A stretch of DNA of 64,000 nucleotides, taken from Octopus vulgaris. Taxonomy: Eukaryota. This document shows, piece by piece, positions 11,831 through 22,186 of this stretch. Location: positions 31,806,001 through 31,870,000 of the forward strand of contig OX597842.1 of the NCBI GenBank assembly GCA_951406725.2. The letters run 5' to 3'. Made by a program: the position numbers and the translations under genes. A model generated the notes under the pieces. The model saw only the letters and a list, made by a program, of their open reading frames with translations, had not been told where the DNA came from and made no database searches. Position 1 is the first letter of the stretch. Every line of letters starts with the position of its first letter.

Positions 11831-12000
11831 AAGATGGGACAGTGTATAAAAATATCTATAATTTAGTTTCCCCACTCCACCCATTCTTCCCATTCCACAT
11901 ATGTATGTGTGTGTGTATATGTTGGGGTGCTCAAGGATATGCCTATGCGAATGCATATGTGTAGGTAAATGAATGTATAGGTGTGAATGGGATTCTTGAT

Positions 12001-12019
12001 CAGAGAGAGAGAGAGAGAG

Positions 12020-12104
<85 letters not shown>
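12001..12104. repeat. (GA)n(GT)n microsatellite
   Basis: Direct reading. Confidence 0.95.
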
Positions 12105-12106
<2 letters not shown>

Positions 12107-12810
12107 ACATTCACAATCCAGCATTGCCATGGCAGGATTTGAAATCAGAATGCCAAGTACTGAAACGAACACCACAGAAGGTCTTCTGTCATTCTTCTAC
12201 TTCTATGAATCCAACAGAGAAGACGGACATTTTTATGAATTGTGAAGGAATAAAAGGTTAGTATGGCACCGGCAGGATTTGAACTGAGAATACTAAGGGC
12301 TGAAACAAAGATTAGAAGGTTTCCTATCTGCCAGTTTTGACGACAGCAGACTGTGATTTAAGAGACACTTGGCTGCTATTACTAGCAAGTCAAGGCACAG
12401 CATAGAAGCCCCTTAATTGATTCATCCAACTTTGAGAAGAAATGTAAAGAATTGTGGGAAAGAGTTTCCAAAGCGTTCCACTTTGAAGAACAGAAATGAA
12501 AGAAAACCATCAGTGTTCTGGTGGTGCCATTAACACATTTTTGGTTGGTCAGTAACCAAAATGGAATTGTTGAAGGATGTTGTGGGTAGGTAGTGGTAGT
12601 GGTGGTGGTGGAGGTAGCTACACTGAATCCATATCAAGTTACTAAGAATTAAATCATGGAATGGAAGAGTTGAAGAAAACCAAGCTAACCTAAAAGTATG
12701 GTAGACAGGGCCATGAGACACATCAAAGATTCCAACATTCCAACTGAAGAATTCTAAGACACCAATATATAAATTTACAGAAGGATTCCATATTTTTGTT
12801 TCTATTTCCT

Positions 12811-13690
12811 GGATAAAACACAGCAGAGGATCATGGACTGGCAACTCAAGCTGGCTGTGGACAAATGTACCACCATGCATTTTGGGAGGAAAAACTCAGC
12901 GTCTACTTACTCCCTCCACAACACTAATCTCAAAAAGTCTTCTTGTGAACGTGACCTGGGCATTATTGTCGACAGTGATTTGTGTTGGACAAAACACATT
13001 GCTAAAATTGCCAAGAAGGCTGAGGGTGTCTTGGCATCACTCACCAAGTCCTTTGTGAGCCACTCTCCGGCTATCTATCTGCAGCTTTATATAGCTATGG
13101 TGTGGCCTCAACTGGAATTTGCATCACTGGTCTGGAACCCCTATCTTTCTCAGGATATTAATCGTCTGGAAACCGTTCAGCGACGTGCAACTAAGAGAAT
13201 ACCCTCCATCAGGCATTTGCCATATTCTGAATGCCTTACTTCCCTGGGCATGGATACATTGAAACTCCGACGTCTGGCAGCTGACTTGGTAGACACTCAT
13301 AAAATTATTAACCATCTTACAAACAATAACTCTGAGCACCTTTTCAAACTCCACCTGTCTAACACCCGTGGACATGTTTACAAAGTCAGAAAACAGCACA
13401 GCTCCTTCCATGACTTTCGGAAACATTTTTTCACGCTGAGAGCTGCTGAAGCATGGAACAAACTGCCGGCATCAGTTGTTAGTTGTTGGAGCACTGCATC
13501 CTTCAAAACTTCCATGCTTCCTCAGATTTGCCAACACTACACCTGATCTTTCTCCCCTCCATACACACGCGAGCATGTATCTGACTCATACACTGTTCAC
13601 TTCCCAGACATTTGTACATTACTGCAGATGCTTTATACGCACTTTTGACAAGTTGTGGTGCACCTGAGCACTGTATACAATAATTTCCAT
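12811..13690 (+). mobile_element. CR1-clade LINE, 5'-truncated 3' end (RT C-terminus)
   Basis: The 237-aa ORF has KCTTMHFG, ERDLGIIVD, LETVQRRATK and NTRGH motifs. Followed by a 3' UTR ending in ttattattcat. Confidence 0.92.
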
Positions 13691-13699
13691 TATTATTCA

Positions 13700-14118
13700 T
13701 TTACTCTTTTACTCTTTACTCATTTACTTGTTTCAGTCATTTGACTGCGAAGCCATGCTGGAGCACCGCCTTTAGTCGAGTAACTCGGTCCCGGGTCTTA
13801 TTCTTTTTTTGTAAGCCCAGTACTTATTCTATCGGTCTCTTTTTGCCGAACCGCTAAGTGACGGGGACGTAAACACACCAGCATCAGTTGTCAAGCAATG
13901 CTAGAGGGACAAACACAGACACACAAACACACACACGCATATATATATATACATATATACGACAGGCTTCTCAGTTTCCGTCTACCAAATCCACTCACAA
14001 GGCATTGGTTGGCCCGGGGCTATAGCAGAAGACACTTGCCCAAGATGCCACGCAGTGGGATTGATCCCGGAACCATGTGGTTGGTTAGCAAGCTACTTAC
14101 CACACAGCCACTCCTGCG
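13700..14118 (-). mobile_element. SINE family A, full length (tRNA head, internal TA/TG microsatellite, TTACTCTT-type tail)
   Basis: Minus strand starts ggcgcaggagtggctgtgtggtaagtagc. The family recurs throughout the window. Confidence 0.9.
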
Positions 14119-14201
14119 CCTATTTAATGTAGAATTTTTTTTTTTTTGTAAATTCCAAAAATATCAACTTAAAACAACAAATGGAAAATAAACAAACCAA
14201 C

Positions 14202-14429
14202 CTTTACTATCTCTGTGTGTTTTGGAAAAACAAAGTAAACATCTTTGATGCAGCTTGAATTTTGATTTGAATAGTTTTTCACGAAGCTTCTATACATAGT
14301 TCTGGGCAGGTTTTCAATGGGATAATTCAATGTTCCAGCTCCTAATATAGGAAATGCAAGGCTTTTTGTTCCCATTCTCTCAGCAGCTTCCAGACAAGTG
14401 GTTATTATTTGAGTCAAGTTTGCCAGAAT
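14202..14429 (-). CDS. Macrodomain exon B, unit 2
   Basis: 228 nt, same splice sites and phase as 1840-2067. ILANLTQIITTCLEAAERMGTKSLAFPILGAGTLNYPIENLPRTMYRSFVKNYSNQNSSCIKDVYFVFPKHTEIVK. Confidence 0.88.
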
Positions 14430-15042
14430 CTAAAAAAAATAATTATTTAGTAATTGATAATGAACATTTTATTAAATTATTTCCTTATTACAGGAAGAAA
14501 CCATTAAGTTGTAATAAATATATCCTCCTCTCACAACTCCTCTCACTCCTACCACTTCTAAACACAACTGTCATTCCTATCACTCTTTAGTCCTGCAAGG
14601 GAACAAGGCAACCTCACTCATGAAGCTGCTACAATAAAACAGACCCAATCCACCGTGTAAAATGGTTGGTGAATGAAGAGAGACAATGCAGACCCAAGAG
14701 GAGTCTTTAGTGTTGTTGAGGACATGACAACCTCTCTAGTGCTCATGCCATGACAGAGAAAAACTCACTAATACAGACAGTAAAACAGAGAGAAATATGT
14801 TTTAATATAGTCTTATTTATCAGTCACATAACTGTTGTTAGGCCATGAGGCTTTTTTCCTTCTATTTATATATAAAAGTGTCCTGTTCATCGATATCTTC
14901 TGCTTCCTTCCAATGATAACTTGGAAGAACAAATATTAAACAGGATGCTGACATTTGCTTTATGATTCTCACACAACATGCATAAGGTTCTCTTCAAACA
15001 TTAACTGTTTCAATAAATCAATATCATATGATTGATACTTAC

Positions 15043-15270
15043 TGAATCAGAGGAATTTTCATCCCAGGGAGGTAATGCCAGATGAAATACATTCTTACAT
15101 TTGAGGTTATATCCTTTAGTGACGGCAATTTCAGATGCAGAAATACCTTGAGGATATTTCTGGTTACATTCATCTTGTATCTCTGAACCAGCAGCAAAGA
15201 GAATATATTTGGAGAAAAAACCCTTTTGAAGCTGGAGTTCTTTATTGGTGCTGTTAATGATGACATCAAC
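15043..15270 (-). CDS. Macrodomain exon A, unit 2
   Basis: 228 nt, acceptor ttttcaag, donor gtaagt. VDVIINSTNKELQLQKGFFSKYILFAAGSEIQDECNQKYPQGISASEIAVTKGYNLKCKNVFHLALPPWDENSSDS. Confidence 0.9.
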
Positions 15271-15520
15271 CTTGAAAAGTAATTAATGGTAAACAACTAA
15301 GGAACAGTCCATGGAGAGAAGAGAGATACATTGTTGCAGTTGATATTGTTGTTAAGAAAGGCTCTACAGAATGGCTGTAGTAAGTTTGAGGTTGTTAAAA
15401 TTAGCAAACGATATACTCAAGATATCAGATGTGAAGGAAATAAAATGTTTGAGTTTGACTGAGAAAATGTTTTAATTAACTTTAACGATTCCTCATTTGA
15501 AAATGAAATAACAATTAAAT

Positions 15521-15620
15521 NNNNNNNNNNNNNNNNNNNNNNNNNNNNNNNNNNNNNNNNNNNNNNNNNNNNNNNNNNNNNNNNNNNNNNNNNNNNNNNN
15601 NNNNNNNNNNNNNNNNNNNN
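15521..15620. other. Assembly gap (100 N)
   Basis: Run of n. Confidence 1.
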
Positions 15621-16500
15621 TCTTTCCCTTCTGCTCCCCTCTCTCTATAACGTCACTGCATCCCCTCTCTCCCTCTCTCCCTCTCTTCCCGCTTTCTGCC
15701 TTTCACCATCTCTTGCTCCTCTCTATGATTCCTCTATTTGTCTGTCTCTCTCTCTCTCGCTCTCTTTCTGTTGCGTCTATCACTCGCCCGCTTCCTCTCT
15801 CTCTCTCTCTCTGTTGCATCTATCTCCCGCACGACTGCTTTCCTTCCCCTCCCTCCCTCTCTCTCTGTTGCAGCTCTCTCTCCCCCTCTCGTTCTCTGCC
15901 TTCCTTTCTCACGTTTTTCTCTTGTTGCTCTCTCAGATTCCCTTGCCTGTCTCTCTCTTTCTTTCTCTCTCCCTCAATTGCATCTATCTTTCTCTCTCTC
16001 TCTCTCTGTCCTGCTGTCTTTCTTCCCTGTTGCCTCTCTCTCTTTCTTTCTTTCTCTCAGTTGCATCTATCTTTTCCCGCTTTCACTCTCTCTCTCTCTA
16101 TCTGTCCTGCTGTCTTTCTCCCCTGTTGCATTTATCTCCTCCCGCTTCCTCTCTATCCCTTTCTTTCTCACCCTTTCTCCGGCTTCCCCTGCACCCCCTC
16201 TCTCTCTCTTTCTCTCCTATCTATAATTCTACTCCCACTACCCCTCTTCCTCTCGGTTCAACTCTTTCACAACCACTGCATCCCTCTCCTTGTGACTACC
16301 TTACCTTCTTTACTCTCTCTCTCTCTGTCTTCCACCCCTCTTTCACTCTTACCATTCTTTCTACTGCACCTCTCCCTCTCTTACCACTCTTTCTCCTGCA
16401 CCTTTTACTCTCAAACACCTCTCTATAATAATCACTACTTTCCTCTGCCTATCCCTATTACTCCCTTACTGCTGTTACTCTTTCTCTCTCTCTCTCTTTT
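15621..16500. repeat. CT-rich low-complexity/polypyrimidine tract
   Basis: Degenerate (CT)n. The overlapping Ser/Leu-rich ORFs are compositional artefacts. Confidence 0.9.
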
Positions 16501-16949
16501 CGTTTCGGCTTCTTTCATTTTCCCCTTTACAAGCCGACAAGGGAAAACCTGCTAGAAAGAGCAGCCAGATATCACTCGAATCCTTCCTTAATTGACTTAA
16601 AGAAACAGACAAAAAGATGGATTGGATGAAAGACACCGGATTGACAACGTAGTCCAAGATACACTATGCCTGAATATAAAAAAAACGGGATGGTCACAGA
16701 TAGAACGTCTTTGATCGTAGGTTTGAGGTTTGTCTGGATCAGGACTGACCTGGGGTTAAATAATAACATCTATAGCCACTAATGCTAACTACTATACTGT
16801 ACATTAGACAATGTAGTCCTAGATACACTATGTCTGAATGAAAGACGGGATGGTCACAGCTGGAGCATCTTTTATGATCATAGGTGTATCTAGACCTAGA
16901 CTGACCTAGGGCTAAACAACAACAGTAACACTGAGCATCCCATAATCAG

Positions 16950-16950
16950 C

Positions 16951-16986
<36 letters not shown>

Positions 16987-16993
16987 TGTAGTG

Positions 16994-17025
<32 letters not shown>

Positions 17026-17230
17026 GGTAGTGGTGGTGGTAGTAGTAGTAGTAGCAGTAGTAGTAGTAGTAGTTGTTGTAGTGGTGGTGGTGGTGGTAGT
17101 AGTACTAGTAGTAGTAGTGATGGTGGTGGTAGTGATAGTAGTAGTAGTAGTTGTAGTAGTAGTAGTAATTGTAGTGGTGGTAGTAGTAGTAGTGGTAGTG
17201 GTGGTGGTAGTAGTAGTAGTAGTAATTGTA

Positions 17231-17263
<33 letters not shown>

Positions 17264-17272
17264 GTAATTGTA

Positions 17273-17303
<31 letters not shown>

Positions 17304-17470
17304 CAGTAGTAGTAGTGGTGGTGGTGGTAGTAGTAGTAGCAGCAGTAGTAGTAGTAGTGGTAGTAGTAGTAGTAGTTGTTGTAGTGGTGGTGGTGGTAGT
17401 AGTACTAGTAGTAGTAGTGATGGTGGTGGTAGTGATAGTAGTAGTAGTACTGATGATAGTAGTAGTGATG

Positions 17471-17506
<36 letters not shown>

Positions 17507-17811
17507 TAGTAACGCAAGCAGTGGTGGTGGTGGTGGTAGACGTTTCAGTCCCAGCTCAGCTGAGCTGATCGAGCAAGCCTTCGTCGGAACACGGGTATTT
17601 CCAAGTGTGACCATCCCATCTGTTTCTCCTTTTTTTTCTCTCTCTCTCTCTCTCTCTCGAAGGACCAGAACCATCCGAAGTGTCCTTCCTTTCGCGTGAT
17701 TTGAGGGCGGATTGGCCTGCTATTTCTTTTTCTATTATGCCGACTTTCCTTCGTCGGCTTCTAAAACAGATGGTGACGGTAGTAGTAGTAGTAGTAGTAG
17801 TAGTAGTAATG

Positions 17812-17865
<54 letters not shown>

Positions 17866-17868
17866 ATG

Positions 17869-17913
<45 letters not shown>

Positions 17914-17916
17914 ATG

Positions 17917-17957
<41 letters not shown>

Positions 17958-17961
17958 GGTG

Positions 17962-17997
<36 letters not shown>

Positions 17998-18360
17998 GTG
18001 ATGGTAGTAGTAGTAGTAGTAGTGGTGGTGGTGGTGGTGGTGGTGGTAGTAGTAGTAGTAGTAGTGATGGTGGTAGTGGTAGTAGTAGTTGTAGTAGTAG
18101 TAGTAGTGATGATTGTAGTAGTAGTAGTGGTGGTGGTGGTGGTGGTAGTAGTAGTAGTAGTAGTTGTAGTGATGGTGATGGTGGTATTGGTAGTAGTAGT
18201 TGTAGTAGTAGTAGTTTTAGTAGTAGTGATGATAGTAGTAGTAGTAGTGATTAAAGTGCAGGTGGTAGTATTGATAGTAATTGCCGTGCAGGTGCTAGTA
18301 GTAACAATAATGGTAGTAGTAGTAGTAGTGGTGGTTGTGGTGGTGGTGGTGGTTATGGCA
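16950..18360. repeat. Two compound (GTA/GTG)n trinucleotide arrays (16950-17540, 17775-18360)
   Basis: Direct reading. An internal higher-order copy is visible (17080-17140 vs 17380-17440). Confidence 0.95.
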
Positions 18361-18413
18361 GCAATTGCAATGCAGGTGGTTGCTTGGTCGGCAGCAGTAA
18401 GAGGGAGAATAAA

Positions 18414-18486
<73 letters not shown>

Positions 18487-18539
18487 AGAGACTACGGCTT
18501 TATGAGGGTCTTGATGCCGACTACTACTACTACTACTAC

Positions 18540-18574
<35 letters not shown>

Positions 18575-18629
18575 GTAATTTTACTATTTCTATTGCTACA
18601 TGCGGCTGCCTAGCATGATATTAGTGATA

Positions 18630-18631
18630 AT

Positions 18632-18668
<37 letters not shown>

Positions 18669-19600
18669 CATACATACATATGTATATATACATGCACACA
18701 TATATGCACACACATACAAATACACACATACATACACATATATATACACACACACACATATATATACATATATATATATATATAGACACACACACACACA
18801 TATCTATACACACATATACATATACACACACACACATATATATATATACACATATATACATATATATACAGACACATATATAAACACATATATATACACA
18901 CACACACATATATATAGAAACACACATATATACATATATATATACACACACACACATATAGAGAGAAAGAGACAGACACACACACATATATACATATATA
19001 TACACAGACACATATATAAACACATATATATACACACACACACATATATATAGAAACATACATATATACATATATATATACACACACACACATATAGAGA
19101 GAAAGAGACAGACACACACACATATATACATATATATACACAGACACATATATAAACACATATATATACACACACACACATATATATAGAAACACACATA
19201 TATACATATATATATACACACACACACATATAGAGAGAAAGAGACAGACACACACACATATATATATACACATATATACATATATATACACAGAACATAT
19301 ATAAACATATATATACACACACACACATATAGAAACACACATATATATACACACATATATACATATATATATACACACACACACATATATAGAGAGAGAC
19401 AGACACACATATACACACATACAGACACACACACATATATATACATATACACGCAAATATATACATATATATATACACACACACACATATATATACACAT
19501 ATATATATACATATATTTATATACATACATATACGTATATATATATACACACAAATATATATACATGCACACACAAACACACATATATATAACGTATATA
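18630..19600. repeat. Compound (TA)/(CA) microsatellite with a ~120-bp higher-order unit
   Basis: The block atagagagaaagagacagacacacac recurs at ~18958, 19093 and 19229. Confidence 0.9.
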
Positions 19601-19765
19601 TAGGTGCAATCATGGGTGTGTGGTAAGTAGCTTGTTTACCAACCACATGGTTCCAGGTTCAGTCCCACTGCGTGGCATCTTGGGCAAGTGTCTTCTGCTA
19701 TAGCCCCGGGCCGACCAATGTCTTGTGAGTGGATTTGGTAGACAGAAACTGAAAGAAGCCTCTCG

Positions 19766-19831
<66 letters not shown>

Positions 19832-20040
19832 TGTGTCTGTGTTTGTCCCTCTAGCATTGCTTGACAACCGATGCTGGTGTGTTTACGTCCCCGTCACTTA
19901 GCGGTTCGGCAAAAACAGACCGATAGAATAAGTACTGGGCTTACAAAGAATAAGTCCCGGGGTTGATTTGCTCGACTAAAGGCGGTGCTCCAGCATGGCC
20001 GCAGTCAAATGACTGAAACAAGTAAAAGAGTAAAGAGTAA
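19600..20040 (+). mobile_element. SINE family A, full length
   Basis: Matches 13700-14118. Confidence 0.9.
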
Positions 20041-20414
20041 AAGAGAGAGCCCAACCAAAGCCTTGTGAGTGGATTTGTAGAGATAGTAGTAGTAGTAGTA
20101 ATAGTAGTAGTAGTAGTGACGGTGGTGGTGGTGTTAGTAGTAGTAGTAGTAGTAGTTGTAATAGTAGAAACTGAAAGAAGCCCATCGTATATATATATAT
20201 ATGTGTGTATGTGTGTTTGATGATGGCTTAGCTAGCCAAAACTTCGAAGTTACTATCAACAGTATTCTTGTTTAAGAATAATAAATTTGTCCCCTACAAA
20301 AATATGAAACAGTGGTTCTCAACCTACTGAGGACCCCTTTTATTTAAATGAGTTCATTCCCACAGACCCCTTTTAATATGCTTATCATTATAGATATATG
20401 TGTGTGTGTGTGTA

Positions 20415-21065
<651 letters not shown>

Positions 21066-21424
21066 AAGGTGGTGGTGGTGATGATGATGATGAATACTTT
21101 CCCATTTTCCCATCCGTAGGGCAATATTGGTCAGAACAAAGTCCTGACCAGCTTCGGCTTTAATACGTTCAAACGGGTTTGATCACTCCTCTTACACCTA
21201 CCCTACAATGTCCTCCTAAAAATAACAAATCCCATCATTGAAACCCCCAAAACTATGAGATAATCCAGGATTAATTCAAAACAATGTGATTAGATAAGGA
21301 TTACAGTCGACAGAGTGAAGTAAATGCTCAAAGGAAAGGAATGACCCTACCATGCTAGAAATAACAGTTAAACCTCCCCTGAATTCCATGATGTTGTCTT
21401 AATGCTTTAACATTTAAATTACTC

Positions 21425-21624
21425 TTCTACTCTTTTACTTGTTTCAGTCATTTGACTGCGGCCATGCTGGAGCACCGCCTTTAGTCGATCAAATTGACCC
21501 CGGGACTTATTCTTTGTAAACCCAGTACCTATTCTATCGGTCTCTTTTGCCGAACCGCTAAGTGACGGGGACGTAAACACACCAGCATCGGTTGCCAAGC
21601 AATGCTAGGGGGACAAACACAGAT

Positions 21625-21660
<36 letters not shown>

Positions 21661-21858
21661 CATCATCATCATCATCGTTTATATACATATATACAACGGG
21701 CTTCTTTCAGTTTCCGTCTACCAAATCCACTCACAAGGCATTGGTCGGCCCGGGGCTATAGCAGAAGACACTTGCCCAAGATGCCAGGCAGTGGGACTGA
21801 ACCCGGAACCATGTGGTTGGTTAGCAAGCTACTTACCACACAGCCACTCCTGCGCCTA
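21425..21858 (-). mobile_element. SINE family A, full length
   Basis: Matches the family consensus seen in this window. Confidence 0.9.
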
Positions 21859-22186
21859 TTGGTCATAATTGGTCATATATGGACCAAATGTTCTACACAT
21901 TTTGTGTTCACACTGACCAGATCCAGCCTTTCACACCTACCCTACAATGTCATTCTGAAAAATATTGAAATCCCAAAGCTATGAGATAATCTGTGGTTAA
22001 TTGGAAACAATGCAAATAAAGAAGGATTAGATTTGAGAGAGAAATCCGAATGCTAGTGGGAAGGTGTTACAGTTCAGAGATGAAACACCTGGTTATAATT
22101 GGATACGGCCTGATGACATCGGTTCCACTTGGACAAAGTTCCATTCACTTTGTTCCTTCTCGAGCCATCATCATCATCAATGTTCG

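Larger units (their letters stand above)
12440..15520. repeat. Segmental tandem duplicate of ~1-3745 (offset ~12.4 kb)
   Basis: 1-350 matches 12440-12790, 2068-2470 matches 14430-14834, and 3500-3745 matches 15273-15520. Differences are mainly TE insertions. Confidence 0.95.

Noticed and set aside
12833-13546. 237-aa ORF as a host gene
   Set aside because: It is the C-terminus of a CR1 LINE, with homologous fragments at 29670 and 60865.
22110-22140. CTGATGA motif as a hammerhead core
   Set aside because: No downstream stem II or GAAA.
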